Positions 18,803-31,088 are shown, counted from the first letter of the stretch. The stretch: DNA of 64,000 bases from an uncultured Hyphomicrobiales bacterium (GCA_964413155.1 CAYPRT010000001.1:102702-166701), one strand, 5' to 3'. The notes: a model not told the origin generated them from the sequence alone. A program made the numbers and translations.

Positions 18803-20458
18803 ATGAAAAAAATTATTGTTGGAATGCTAATTCTTTCGTTTTTCCTTTCCTTCTGCACAAATCAGAAAAAAGAGATGAATCCAACAACCGATATCAGTAA
18901 AATTAGAAAGAGGATTAAAGAATTTGCACCAATTGAAATTAAACCAGATTTAAGCAATCTGACAGAAAGTGAAAAAAAAGTTGTCCAATTATTAATCGAA
19001 GCTGGAAAAATCGCAGATGAAATTTTTTGGAAACAAACTTCTCCCGATGCTATATCTTTCCGCGACTCTCTAATGAAGCTAAACACACCAGAAGCAAAAG
19101 ACATTTTAACCTTGGTGAATATTTTTTACGGACCATACGATTTAATCGAAAATGGAAAACGATTCGTTGGCAAAGGTTTCGATAAAAAACCTGAAGGTGC
19201 AAATTTCTATCCAATTGATTTAACTAAAGAAGAATTCGAGAAGTATATCCAACAACATCCAGAACAAAAGGAAGAACTTGAAAGCCAATACACTATCGTT
19301 GTACGCGATGGAAATAAGCTTAAAGCAATACCATATCATCAAGCATATCCCGAAACGGAAAAATTAGCGAATTTACTTGAAGAGGCAGCACGTTATTGCC
19401 AAAATGAAAGTTTCAAAAAGTATTTACTTTTGCGAGCAAGAGCAATTCGCACAGACGACTACTTTGAAAGCGATTTAGCTTGGATGGACATTAAAGATTC
19501 CAAAATCGATGTTGTAATCGGTCCAATTGAGAACTACGAAGACGAGCTATTTAATTACAAAACTGCTTACGAAGCAATTGTTATGATAAAGGACGAGGAA
19601 GGAACTCGCGAGCTTCAAATGTTTCAAAATAACTTGGATTATTTTGAGCAGAATTTACCATACGACAAAAAATACATTCGAAAAACTGCTGGAAGTGGAA
19701 ACATTTTGCAAATTATGAATGTTGCTTATTTCGGTGGAGATTGCCAAGCAGGAACTAAAACTATTGCTAATTCTTTACCGAACGACCCACGTGTCCACGA
19801 AATAAAAGGTGGGAAAAAGTCAATGTTTAAAAACATTATGGAAGCAAAGTTCGACAAAATCCTTGTCCCAATTGCAGAAAAGATTCTTGAACCTAACTTA
19901 ATGAAATTAGTTGATAAAAAAGCCTTTACAAGTTTTGTTACTCTCCACGAAGTATCCCATACTTTGGGAAGAGGGTTTGTTTATGGAAACGACTCATTAC
20001 CTGTTCGCAAAGCATTGAAGGAACGATATTCAGCCATCGAAGAATGCAAAGCCGATGTTTTAGGGATTTATAACTTTAAACATTTGTTTAAAAAAGGGTT
20101 GGTGGATTCTCTGCAGATTGAAAAAGCAAAAGTGACATATATTGCTGGTTTGTTCCGCTCCATCCGTTTCGGAGCCAGTGAAGCCCACGGAAAGGCAAAC
20201 TTAATTCAATTGAATTTCCTTGAAGAAAATGGAATTATTAAATACGAAAAAAATAAGATAAAAATCGATACCGAAAGATTCTTCGACGTAATTCAGAATT
20301 TAGCCAATATGATTTTAACAATACAAGCAGAAGGAAATTATTCGAAAGCAGGCGAAGTATTAGAAAAATATGGAAAAATGAAACCCGAAACACAAACAAT
20401 TCTTTCCAATTTGAAAGACATCCCAAGAGATTTAAATATTTATTGGCTAAGCCCTTAA
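18803..20458 (+). CDS. Lipoprotein with HExxH zinc-metallopeptidase motif (possibly M49/DPP III-like hydrolase)
   Basis: Signal plus lipobox MKKIIVGMLILSFFLSFC. HEVSHTLG followed downstream by a conserved E (EECKADVLG). 551 aa. Confidence 0.45.
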   Translation: MKKIIVGMLILSFFLSFCTNQKKEMNPTTDISKIRKRIKEFAPIEIKPDLSNLTESEKKVVQLLIEAGKIADEIFWKQTSPDAISFRDSLMKLNTPEAKDILTLVNIFYGPYDLIENGKRFVGKGFDKKPEGANFYPIDLTKEEFEKYIQQHPEQKEELESQYTIVVRDGNKLKAIPYHQAYPETEKLANLLEEAARYCQNESFKKYLLLRARAIRTDDYFESDLAWMDIKDSKIDVVIGPIENYEDELFNYKTAYEAIVMIKDEEGTRELQMFQNNLDYFEQNLPYDKKYIRKTAGSGNILQIMNVAYFGGDCQAGTKTIANSLPNDPRVHEIKGGKKSMFKNIMEAKFDKILVPIAEKILEPNLMKLVDKKAFTSFVTLHEVSHTLGRGFVYGNDSLPVRKALKERYSAIEECKADVLGIYNFKHLFKKGLVDSLQIEKAKVTYIAGLFRSIRFGASEAHGKANLIQLNFLEENGIIKYEKNKIKIDTERFFDVIQNLANMILTIQAEGNYSKAGEVLEKYGKMKPETQTILSNLKDIPRDLNIYWLSP

Positions 20459-20585
20459 AACACCGATTTGCTGAAAATGGTTATTGGTAATTGGTTTTAA
20501 CTTATTTAAAACTTTCAAATTAATGAGAAAAAAAATTAACTGAAATTTTTATCGTTTATTGAAATTCATGATTTAGGGAAAACAA

Positions 20586-20885
20586 ATGGTTCGAGTTGAA
20601 GTACAATATTTTCGTGGGTGTCCAAATTCCGATGAAATGATTCGTCGAGTTAAGGAAGCAATTAAAGATTTACAAGATATAGAATATCAAGAAGTACTTA
20701 TCGAAACACCCGAACTTGCAAAGCAATATGGTTTTCGTGGTTCGCCAACTTTGTTAATAAATGGCAAAGATTACGAAGAAATGCCAATTCCACCTATTCC
20801 GTCTCTTTCTTGCCGAGTTTATTTGAAAGGATTACCTACGATAGAACAAATCAGGGACAAAATAAAACAGTTTTTGGATAACTAA
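20586..20885 (+). CDS. Small thioredoxin-fold-like protein (CxxS motif), first gene of the znu operon
   Basis: 99 aa with GCPNS and a C-terminal SLSC. Stop overlaps the znuA ATG (TAATG). Family assignment uncertain. Confidence 0.35.
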   Translation: MVRVEVQYFRGCPNSDEMIRRVKEAIKDLQDIEYQEVLIETPELAKQYGFRGSPTLLINGKDYEEMPIPPIPSLSCRVYLKGLPTIEQIRDKIKQFLDN

Positions 20886-21736
20886 TGAAAAAATTAGCTG
20901 TCTTTTCCTTATTGGTTCTACTTGCATTTGCTTGCAAAAACCAACAAAAAAGACAACAAGCTGAAATTATTTTTACAAGTACTTACCCTTTAAAATTAAT
21001 TGTTCAGGAGATTGCCGGAAAGAGTATCACTGTTGAATGTCTAATATCACCGGGAATTTCTCCACATCTTTTCGAGCCCAAAGTTTCCGATATTCAAAAA
21101 TTGGAACAAGCCAAAATTTTTTTCTACACTTCAGATTTACTTGAAAACTGGATTACCCAAAACATCCAAAATAAGGTAGCTTTAATTGATCTGTTGCCAA
21201 AAGATAAGCTCCTTTATTTTGCTGATAACAAAACAATTGATCCACATTTCTGGACAGACCCTTTCTTGGTAAGTTCCATTGTTGATACTTTAGCTAAAAT
21301 AATTGTAAATAATTATCCAAACCAAAAGGAAAATATCATACAGTATGCTTCGAATTTCAAGAATAATCTACTTGAACTGGATAAACTTGTTGATAGTATC
21401 TTAACACCAGTCAAAGGACAATATGTTATTCTCTTCCATGCTTCTTTCAATTACTTCATTAAAAGGTATGGTTTGCTCTATGGTGGAAGTATAGAAGAAA
21501 TTCCGGGGAGTGAACCAACACCGACACATATTAATACTATAATCCAAAAAATTCGTGAAACCAAAACTAAATCAATATTCACCGAGCCGCAATTGAATGA
21601 ACATTCCGCTAAAGTAATTGCAGAAATGGCTGGAACGAAACTATTTGAACTTGACCCAATTGGTTCACAACAAATCCATTCCTATTCGGAATTAATAATT
21701 AACAACGCTAAAACATTACTTAAAGCATTAAAATGA
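20885..21736 (+). CDS. znuA: Metal (Zn/Mn) ABC transporter substrate-binding lipoprotein, ZnuA/TroA family
   Basis: Signal plus lipobox LLAFAC. TroA-like fold motifs (SPGISPHLFEP, DPHFW). Confidence 0.75.
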   Translation: MKKLAVFSLLVLLAFACKNQQKRQQAEIIFTSTYPLKLIVQEIAGKSITVECLISPGISPHLFEPKVSDIQKLEQAKIFFYTSDLLENWITQNIQNKVALIDLLPKDKLLYFADNKTIDPHFWTDPFLVSSIVDTLAKIIVNNYPNQKENIIQYASNFKNNLLELDKLVDSILTPVKGQYVILFHASFNYFIKRYGLLYGGSIEEIPGSEPTPTHINTIIQKIRETKTKSIFTEPQLNEHSAKVIAEMAGTKLFELDPIGSQQIHSYSELIINNAKTLLKALK

Positions 21737-22488
21737 ACAATTTTGCGATTGAACTAGAATCTGTATCGGTATTTTTTGGAAAATACTGTGTTATCCGAGA
21801 TATTAACCTATCGATTAATGAAGCAGAATTTGTTACAATAATTGGGCCAAACGGTGGCGGAAAAACTACCTTACTCAAAACAATTCTTGGGCTTATCGAA
21901 CCAACAAATGGAGAAGTAAAAGTTTTTTCGAAAAAACCCAACGAAATTAATTATTTTGAAATTGGATATGTTCCACAAATTAAAACACTCGATAGAACAT
22001 TCCCAGCCAGGGTAATCGATTTGGTTGCAACTGGATTGACCGGAAGTTGGAATTTCAGAATTAATAAAGAAGCAAAGAAAAAGATTCACGAAGTTCTTGA
22101 AAAAACTGGAATAGAGAACATTGCAAATCGACCATTAAAGAAGCTTTCTGGTGGTGAACTACAAAGAGTTTATCTTTCGCGAAGTATAATTAGAAATCCA
22201 AAACTACTAATTTTGGACGAACCAGCAACTGGAATCGACACTATTGCTGAAGTTGATTTTAGCAAAATCATTGAGGAACTACAAAAAAACTTTCGGACAA
22301 CAATACTTATGGTAACACACGATTGGGAATACGCATTCCACCATTCAGATAGGGTTGCTCTTTTGAATAAAAAACTAATTTGCTTCGACACCCCCAAAAA
22401 TGTTTTTAAAGAAGAAAACTTAAAACAAACATTTGGACATATTGGGCATGAACATAAAATGCAGTTTACAATAGGTAAAAATGATTGA
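21733..22488 (+). CDS. znuC: Metal ABC transporter ATP-binding protein
   Basis: Walker A GPNGGGKTT, signature LSGGELQRV, Walker B LILDEP. Overlaps znuA by 4 nt. Confidence 0.8.
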   Translation: MNNFAIELESVSVFFGKYCVIRDINLSINEAEFVTIIGPNGGGKTTLLKTILGLIEPTNGEVKVFSKKPNEINYFEIGYVPQIKTLDRTFPARVIDLVATGLTGSWNFRINKEAKKKIHEVLEKTGIENIANRPLKKLSGGELQRVYLSRSIIRNPKLLILDEPATGIDTIAEVDFSKIIEELQKNFRTTILMVTHDWEYAFHHSDRVALLNKKLICFDTPKNVFKEENLKQTFGHIGHEHKMQFTIGKND

Positions 22489-23293
22489 AATATTTTCGCA
22501 TAGTTTCACAATCAAAGCAATACTTGCAGGGATAATTGTTGGATTTTTGGGTGGCTTCTATGGCAACTTCGTTGTCCAAAGAAAAATGAGTTTTCTTGGC
22601 GATGGACTTGCCCACGTAACCTTTGGAGGGGTTGCGCTTGGATTATTGCTTGAATTTGAACCTTTTTCTATTGCAATTCCATTTACAATCATCGTAGCAA
22701 TCGCATTAACTTATTTGAAAGAAAAAACCAGTTTGGAAATAGATACTGCAATTGGGATTTTCTTTGCTGTAAGTGTGGCATTAGGTGTTTTGTTTATTAA
22801 ATTAAACAAACATTACATTTCAGATGCATTTTCTTTCCTTTTTGGTTCTATCTTGCTTGTTTCGAAACTCGATTTATTCATCTCTTATGCTTTTGGTTTC
22901 GTAACAGTTACTTTTGCTCTACTCTTTTGGAGAAGATGGACATATGCAACATTCGACTCCGAACTTGCTATGGTCGACAGAATAAATGTTCGACTCGACG
23001 ATTACATCCTTTCCGTTGTTATTGCTTTAGCAATAGTAATTTCTGTTAAACTTGTTGGAATATTTTTGGTTGCTTCGTTCCTTGTAATTCCATCGGCAAC
23101 TGCAAAACTTATTTCATCAACTTTTTCGCAAATGACAATTTTAAGTATAATCTTGGGTATCGTTAGTTCAATTTTGGGAATAATCATTTCGATTTATTTA
23201 GACATTCCAACAGGTTCTACAATTATCCTTATACAATCGGTAATATTTCTATTTGCAGCAATATTTGCAAGATTAATAACTTCCAACAGATAA
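22481..23293 (+). CDS. znuB: Metal ABC transporter permease
   Basis: 8-TM ABC-3 family permease pattern. Overlaps znuC. Confidence 0.8.
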   Translation: MIEIFSHSFTIKAILAGIIVGFLGGFYGNFVVQRKMSFLGDGLAHVTFGGVALGLLLEFEPFSIAIPFTIIVAIALTYLKEKTSLEIDTAIGIFFAVSVALGVLFIKLNKHYISDAFSFLFGSILLVSKLDLFISYAFGFVTVTFALLFWRRWTYATFDSELAMVDRINVRLDDYILSVVIALAIVISVKLVGIFLVASFLVIPSATAKLISSTFSQMTILSIILGIVSSILGIIISIYLDIPTGSTIILIQSVIFLFAAIFARLITSNR

Positions 23294-23302
23294 AATTTTC
23301 TA

Positions 23303-24622
23303 TTAGTATTCTGGGATATAACCCATATTTCTAATCCAAGTTCGAACTTTTTCGGTCAACCTATCTTCCTTTCCATAAAGGTGAAGGAATTCGTTGAAAT
23401 CTGCAACGGCATAGGAAAAAAGATTATCGCTACGATAAGCAATTGCTCTGTTCAGATAGGGAATAGGATTAGCCGGGTCTATTTCAATAGCAATTGTAAA
23501 ATCTTCTAGTGCTTTCCGAAGGTTTTTCATTTTAATATAAATGTTCCCACGGGCAATGTATGCATTGACGAATTTAGGATTTAACGAAATTGCTTTCGAA
23601 AAATCGCGAAGTGCATCTCGCCATTGCTCAAGAGAATAATATGCATTACCTCTTCCGTAATATGCAAAAACATAATTTGGGTCGATTGTCAAGGCTTTAT
23701 CGTAGTCAACAATTGCCTCAACATAGTTTTTAAGTTGAAGATTGGCATTGCCTCGATTAAAATAAATAGAAGCATTACCAGGATTTAATTCAATTGCTTT
23801 ATCGAAATATTCGATTGCTTTCTCAAATTGCCGCATTCCTACATATGCAATTCCAATGTTGTTGTATGCATCTACGAAATCTTTTTTTATTGCGATCACT
23901 TTCTCGAAATCTTCAATCGATAGTTCATATTGGCGGAGTTGGTTCAAACAATATCCACGATAATTATATGCTAAATAATTTTTGTCATCGATAGAAATTG
24001 CAAGGGTAAAATCTGCAATAGCTTCTTTATATTGCTTAAGATGAATATTGACAACCCCCCGAGAAATAAAAACTTTGGGTTCTGTAGGGTCTAATTCAAT
24101 TGCTCGGTCGTAGTCCGATAATGCGTCTTCCAACTTTTGAAGATGGAAATAGCAATTCCCTCGATACATATACGCTGGCGCATAAGTCGCATCCAGTTCT
24201 ATAGATTTGGTGAAATCCTCTACTGCTTCGGCAAATTTACGGACCAAATACAAGCAATACCCACGACGGAAGTATGCAAGTGCAAAATTTGTATTTAGTT
24301 GTATTGCTATTGTAAATTCTTTCAGTGCATCCTTAATATTTCGAAGTTCTAAGTAACACATCCCTTTTTTGTAATAGGCAAAAGAGAAGTTTGGGTCAAG
24401 TGTTGTGGTTCCAATGTAATATTTGATAGCTTCTTCCCACCTTTTCAGCATCGAAAGTGAATTACCAGCTTTGAAATAAGCAAAAGGAGAATGAGCATTT
24501 TCCTGAATAGCATTCTTATAATACTGAAAGGCTTTTTCGTAATCGCCATTATTGAAAGCCTCGTCTCCAAATTCAATCCATTCTTCTGCTGTTCTTTTTA
24601 TTAACGAAGATTTTTGTTCCAT
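23303..24622 (-). CDS. Tetratricopeptide (TPR) repeat protein
   Basis: At least 10 tandem 34-aa TPR units (AYxxxGxxyxxLxxyxEAIxxyxKAIELxP). Confidence 0.7.
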   Translation of the reverse strand: MEQKSSLIKRTAEEWIEFGDEAFNNGDYEKAFQYYKNAIQENAHSPFAYFKAGNSLSMLKRWEEAIKYYIGTTTLDPNFSFAYYKKGMCYLELRNIKDALKEFTIAIQLNTNFALAYFRRGYCLYLVRKFAEAVEDFTKSIELDATYAPAYMYRGNCYFHLQKLEDALSDYDRAIELDPTEPKVFISRGVVNIHLKQYKEAIADFTLAISIDDKNYLAYNYRGYCLNQLRQYELSIEDFEKVIAIKKDFVDAYNNIGIAYVGMRQFEKAIEYFDKAIELNPGNASIYFNRGNANLQLKNYVEAIVDYDKALTIDPNYVFAYYGRGNAYYSLEQWRDALRDFSKAISLNPKFVNAYIARGNIYIKMKNLRKALEDFTIAIEIDPANPIPYLNRAIAYRSDNLFSYAVADFNEFLHLYGKEDRLTEKVRTWIRNMGYIPEY

Positions 24623-24703
24623 AATCAAACAAAATAATCTCTTACAGAGTTCGTTAAATTTTCTTCTAAAAAACTAAAAAACAAATTTAACAAAATAAAA
24701 AAT

Positions 24704-25048
24704 ATGCTAAAATTTTTTCGATTATCATTACTTACAGACGATTTATTCAAAAAATTTGTCGAAAAGGAACTAAACTTAAATGACCAGCTTGCAGCAATCC
24801 GTTCGATTCTTGCAAGCGAAAGGACATTTCTTGCCTACCAGCGAACGGCTCTTGCAACTTTGGCCGCTGGGCTAACCCTTGTTCAATTTTTTCAGAATTT
24901 CATCTTCCAATTAATTGGCTGGCTTTTGGTACCAGTTGCAGTAATAACAGTATCCATTGGCTTTGTGCGATATCGTAAAACTCGCCGATACATATTCAAA
25001 CTGGAAAAGGACTTCGTTAAAGAGCATAGAGAAAATCACCATTCCTGA
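24704..25048 (+). CDS. DUF202/YidH-like small membrane protein
   Basis: ERTFLAYQRTALA motif followed by 2 TM helices. 114 aa. Confidence 0.55.
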   Translation: MLKFFRLSLLTDDLFKKFVEKELNLNDQLAAIRSILASERTFLAYQRTALATLAAGLTLVQFFQNFIFQLIGWLLVPVAVITVSIGFVRYRKTRRYIFKLEKDFVKEHRENHHS

Positions 25049-25049
25049 A

Positions 25050-26660
25050 TTATTCAAGACTTTCCTCTGGAATCTTTGGGGTAACAAAAACAACTTGTTC
25101 ACGCTCGAGCAGAACTGTTCCAGGGGCTGCACCTTTGGTTTTTCGAACATATTTCTTTTGAGTATATGAAACTGGAACGAATTTGGAATTTCTGGCTTTG
25201 GAATAATAAGCTGCTATTTGCCCACACTTCTCTATTAATTCCTTGCTGGGATTTTTTCCCTTCAAATATTTCAAAACGCAGTGGCTTCCTCCAACGCCTC
25301 GAGCATGGAACCAAAAATCATTCGGCTTTGCAAAACCAAATGTCAATTCGTCGTTGTTTTCTGCATTTTTTCCAACATAAAGAACTGCATCTTCCGACAA
25401 GACAAATTTCCGAAAGCGACTTTCAAATGCACCGCCCTGCTTTTCAATTTCCATTTCTTTGATTAACTCTTTGTATTTCATCTTAAATTCCTTTAGTTCA
25501 TCGAAGTTTTTAACATTTTGTAAATCCACGAATGCAGTATCAACCTCTTCAATTTTGTTTAAAATATTATCTTTTTGTAAGTCGAAAAATTCCAGCCTTC
25601 CTCGCAATTTTTTACTCTTTTCATAATAGATGGTTGCATTTTCTGCTAAATTGAGTTCAGGTTTCAAAGGAATAATAATTGGTTTACCATCGAAGTCGGT
25701 CAAAGCAATTTCATTTTTCCCTTTAACTTTTAAATCAGGTTGCGAAAGTAATAAATCTCCATAATTTCTATATAATTCTGCTCTTTTTCTAATTTCTTCG
25801 TTGAAAATAGTTTCATCAATTTTTGCTTTGTAGAATTTTCTTTTATTTTCAAAAAATACTTTTAATTTCTTTGCTTCATCGAAAAATTCCTTTAACTTTA
25901 AAGAATTGATAAACCTATAAAATACTGCATCGGAAATAGAATCAAAAGTTTTTTGTAGTTCCATATTTGGCAAAGGAATCAGTGAAAGTAAATATTGCCC
26001 TGAAGTTGAATATACATAGTATTCATTTGATGAAAGCAGTTTCTGAATAAAATTTTCAACAAATAATTCAAATTCTTCAAAAAAAACCTTCTCGAGTTCA
26101 GATAACATTTTGTTGCCATCCAAATTAAGTTCTTTAAGTATTAGTTCTGTGTATATCTTGCCAAGATATTTTTGTTTAGAAAGGTAATCGAAAATCCGCG
26201 AAAAATTCATCTTTTCAACCAAAGGTAAAATTTCATTTATTGACTTGCCCGAATATTTTTTGGAAATTAGAAAACTTTGAACAATGGAACCATTTGGGGA
26301 AACCAAGAAAGCATTGTTCCTACTTCCCCCAAAAAGGGAAAAATAGAGTTCACTTCGATTAAGTTTCAATTTAATAATTCTGTTCCCATCAATAATCTCA
26401 ATCCCCAAGATCCTATCGCCAACAATATCAGGAAAAATATCAGTGGAATTTGAACGTTTTCGTTCAAAATTTTTTCTAAGAAATATTGTTTCGAAATTTG
26501 CTAAACAAGAAAATTGCAAGGTTTTGAAAGTATTCTTTCCATCATAAATTTGAATATAAAGAATATCTTTGGATTGGGTAAAAGAATCGACAATCACAAA
26601 TCCTTTGATGTTTTGAATCTCATTTACAATATGAACCAAAGTATAAAAATTCTTTATCAT
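25050..26660 (-). CDS. rqcH: NFACT-family ribosome quality-control protein RqcH (FbpA/Rqc2 homolog)
   Basis: C-terminal NFACT-R/DUF814 motif FWFHARGVGGSHCVL. NFACT-N-like N-terminus, central coiled coil. 536 aa. Confidence 0.7.
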   Translation of the reverse strand: MIKNFYTLVHIVNEIQNIKGFVIVDSFTQSKDILYIQIYDGKNTFKTLQFSCLANFETIFLRKNFERKRSNSTDIFPDIVGDRILGIEIIDGNRIIKLKLNRSELYFSLFGGSRNNAFLVSPNGSIVQSFLISKKYSGKSINEILPLVEKMNFSRIFDYLSKQKYLGKIYTELILKELNLDGNKMLSELEKVFFEEFELFVENFIQKLLSSNEYYVYSTSGQYLLSLIPLPNMELQKTFDSISDAVFYRFINSLKLKEFFDEAKKLKVFFENKRKFYKAKIDETIFNEEIRKRAELYRNYGDLLLSQPDLKVKGKNEIALTDFDGKPIIIPLKPELNLAENATIYYEKSKKLRGRLEFFDLQKDNILNKIEEVDTAFVDLQNVKNFDELKEFKMKYKELIKEMEIEKQGGAFESRFRKFVLSEDAVLYVGKNAENNDELTFGFAKPNDFWFHARGVGGSHCVLKYLKGKNPSKELIEKCGQIAAYYSKARNSKFVPVSYTQKKYVRKTKGAAPGTVLLEREQVVFVTPKIPEESLE

Positions 26661-26869
26661 AGTAAAGTTCTAATTTCTAACAAAGCTCTAATTTTAAATC
26701 AAAAGTAACAAATAAATAAAGCAAATATTTCGAAAAACAAAAACATTAATGATTACAGAGAATTAAAAATTCAAATAAAATACCTTTTATTTTGCAAAAA
26801 AATTAAATTATAACTAATTTTGAATTTTTATATTTAGCAAAATATTACATTAATAGAATTTTATGGTGA

Positions 26870-28282
<1,413 letters not shown>

Positions 28283-28296
28283 TTTCGGGTTGAATT

Positions 28297-28698
28297 ATGG
28301 AAAAACTGCTGGAATTAGAAATAGTAACACCTCAGAAACCTTTGTATAAAGGCAAAATTTCTTCGGTAACTGTTCCAGGTGAACTTTCACCTTTTCAGAT
28401 TTTGTCCAACCATGCCCCAATTGTTTCGACCTTGACACCTGGGGTGGTTTCGGCAACGGACCAAAATGGAAATAAATTACATTTTGCTACTGGAACTGGT
28501 TTTGTAATGGTTCAGGAAAACAAAGTCTGGGTCTGTGTCGAAAAAGCTTTTACCCGAGAAGACATCGATAAAGCAAAAGCAGAAAAATTATATTTTGAAT
28601 TAAAAGATAAACTTCTGCATACAAAATCCGAAAAAGAGAAAAAAGAAATATCGACGCAAATCGCAGAATTGAAGGCACAATTGGATATATCTGTTTAA
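28297..28698 (+). CDS. atpC: F0F1 ATP synthase subunit epsilon
   Basis: Immediately downstream of atpD. N-terminal beta-sandwich pattern (LELEIVTPQKPLYKG...) with a C-terminal helical hairpin. Confidence 0.85.
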   Translation: MEKLLELEIVTPQKPLYKGKISSVTVPGELSPFQILSNHAPIVSTLTPGVVSATDQNGNKLHFATGTGFVMVQENKVWVCVEKAFTREDIDKAKAEKLYFELKDKLLHTKSEKEKKEISTQIAELKAQLDISV

Positions 28699-28711
28699 TT
28701 TTAAGATTGCA

Positions 28712-29819
28712 ATGATAACTGAACCATTTCACAATAAATTAGAAGAGCTTAGTAAACGCTACAAAGAACTTTGGAGGTACCTTTGACGTTTCTTCGAAAG
28801 AGCAACAAATAACTGAATTAACAGAGCAAACTAACTCGCCTAGATTTTGGGAGGACCCTGCCACAGCCCAAAAGGTAATGCAAAACATTGCAAATCTAAA
28901 AGAAATTGTTGATGAATGGAAAAGTTTGGATAAAGAAATTCAAGACGCCATTGAACTACTTAACTTAATCGAAGAAAATGAAGATGAAAGTTTACTTCCC
29001 GAAATTCAAAACGAAATAGGAAATATAGAGAAAAAAATTTCTGAACTTGAATTACAAAAACTCCTTTCTGGGAAAGATGACCACCGCGACGCTTTGTTGA
29101 CAATCCATCCTGGTGCAGGGGGCACAGAGGCACAAGATTGGGCAGAAATGTTGTTAAGAATGTACATACGTTGGGCTGAACGCCACGGCTACGAAATCAA
29201 CCTGGTCGACAGATTGGAAGGCGATGGCGCAGGAATAAAATCTGCAACGATTGAAATCAAGGGGAAATATGCCTATGGCTACCTAAAATCCGAGAATGGG
29301 GTTCACCGCTTAGTTCGAATTTCACCTTTCGACGCAAATGCGCGAAGACATACATCCTTTGCTTCTGTGTTTGTTTACCCTATTGTCGAAGACGATGTTC
29401 AAATCGAAATCGACCCCGAGGACATCGAAATAGAAACCTTTCGCTCTGGAGGTAAAGGCGGCCAAAATGTAAACAAAGTTGAAACGGCAGTCCGACTGCG
29501 ACATAAACCTACTGGAATTGTAGTGTCGTGCCAGCAGGAACGTTCACAATTCCAAAATCGCGAACGAGCAATGAAAATGCTGAAAGCAAAACTTTATCAA
29601 ATGAAATTAGAAGAAGAAGAGAAAGCGCGAGCCGAAATCGAAAGCAAAAAGAAAAAAATAGAATGGGGAAGCCAAATTCGTTCGTACATTTTCCAACCTT
29701 ATACACTTGTAAATGACCATCGAACCGAAGTAAAAAAAGGCGACATTCAAGCAGTTATGGATGGCGATATCGACGATTTTATTAAAGCATATCTTTTGTT
29801 GAATCAGGAAAGCAATTAA
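28712..29819 (+). CDS. prfB: Peptide chain release factor 2, expressed via programmed +1 ribosomal frameshift at codon 26
   Basis: Frame 0: ATG 28712 ... [24 protein letters not shown] then in-frame TGA (28784-28786). The +1 frame from GAC 28785 continues [39 protein letters not shown]... into the 313-aa ORF. GGQ motif ([11 protein letters not shown]) and SPF motif present. Confidence 0.85.
28773..28787 (+). promoter_or_regulatory. prfB autoregulatory frameshift site: internal SD-like GGAGGT, 2-nt spacer, then slippery CTT TGA C
   Basis: ggaggtacCTTTGAc matches the canonical RF2 recoding signal (AGGGGG..CUU UGA C in E. coli) at the equivalent codon. Confidence 0.8.
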
Positions 29820-29860
29820 GTGATTATTTTTTAAAATAAACAAGCTATTTAAAAATCATA

Positions 29861-30544
29861 ATGCAAATTGAAATAAAAAAGTTGGTATATACATCTCGAA
29901 AAGGCTTTTGTTTAAGAATTGATGACAACGGGGATCTGATTGTCTTTGCTCCACGTAATGCAACCGAAAGAGATATTTATCAAATCGTACAAAATAAATC
30001 TCAATGGATAATTAAAACACGTGAGCGAATTCTTCAAAACCAAAAAAAAATCAAGACAATCAATTTCGAGCAAGGTGACGAACTTCTTTTTCTTGGTAAA
30101 GCCTATACGGTTGTTTTTACAACAAACAATAATGAAGTTTATTTAGATGAAGTTAACCAAAGAATTGTTGTTCCTTTTGCTGAAAAATCGACTATTAGGA
30201 ATAAAATTCTGAGATTTTACCGAAAAATGGCAGAAAACATTTTCCGCAAATTATTGGACAAGTGGGCAGAACGTATGAATGTTCGTTATTCTTTGCTTAG
30301 AATTAAAGACTCTAAAACCATCTGGGGTTCTTGTGGTAAAAATGGAAGTATTAACCTGAACTGGCGGTTAATACTATTGCCCGAAGATTTAATAGAACAT
30401 ATTATCATTCATGAACTTGCTCATATTGCTTATCGGAACCATTCGAAACAGTTTTATAATTTTGTTTCTTTATTTTCCAAAAATTACAAAGAAAAAGACC
30501 GCTGGCTTCGGGAAAATTCATACATTCTACAACTTTTTCGATAA
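29861..30544 (+). CDS. YgjP-like metal-dependent hydrolase (DUF45/WLM-type HExxH; UTP pyrophosphatase family)
   Basis: HELAHIAYRNHS motif near the C-terminus. 227 aa. Confidence 0.7.
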   Translation: MQIEIKKLVYTSRKGFCLRIDDNGDLIVFAPRNATERDIYQIVQNKSQWIIKTRERILQNQKKIKTINFEQGDELLFLGKAYTVVFTTNNNEVYLDEVNQRIVVPFAEKSTIRNKILRFYRKMAENIFRKLLDKWAERMNVRYSLLRIKDSKTIWGSCGKNGSINLNWRLILLPEDLIEHIIIHELAHIAYRNHSKQFYNFVSLFSKNYKEKDRWLRENSYILQLFR

Positions 30545-30545
30545 A

Positions 30546-31088
30546 CTAAAATAATTTCCTACGAAAGTGGCAGTAGGGAACTTTTCCTGTTTTAGTATAA
30601 TAGTCCTGATGGTATTCTTCAGCCTTCCAGAAACTTTGGAAGGGTACAATTTCTGTTACTACATTTATTCCTTTAGACTTAAGGATTCGAACAAGATTTT
30701 CAGCAATTTTTTTCTGATTTTCATCTGTGTAAAAAATTGCTGAACGATATTGAGTGCCAATATCAGGGCCCTGTCGGTTTAACTGGGTTGGGTCATGTAT
30801 CTCGAAAAAAAAACGAGCAAGTTCCTCGAAAGAGATTATTTGGGGGTCGAATACAACTTCAACAGTTTCGGCATGGCCAGTGGTATCGGAACAAACTTCC
30901 TCGTAAGTTGGATTTTGGGATTTCCCGCCAGAATACCCAACGGTTGTTTTAACCACTCCATTAAGTTCCTTAAGAAGATGTTCTACTCCCCAAAAACATC
31001 CCCCAGCGAAATATGCTTTAGAATAACGATTTTCCATAGAACCACCACAACTTATTAGGATAATCAAAAAAATAAGCAATTTATTCAT
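30546..31088 (-). CDS. msrA: Peptide-methionine (S)-S-oxide reductase MsrA with signal peptide
   Basis: Active site GCFWGVE. Signal peptide [14 protein letters not shown]. Confidence 0.85.
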   Translation of the reverse strand: MNKLLIFLIILISCGGSMENRYSKAYFAGGCFWGVEHLLKELNGVVKTTVGYSGGKSQNPTYEEVCSDTTGHAETVEVVFDPQIISFEELARFFFEIHDPTQLNRQGPDIGTQYRSAIFYTDENQKKIAENLVRILKSKGINVVTEIVPFQSFWKAEEYHQDYYTKTGKVPYCHFRRKLF

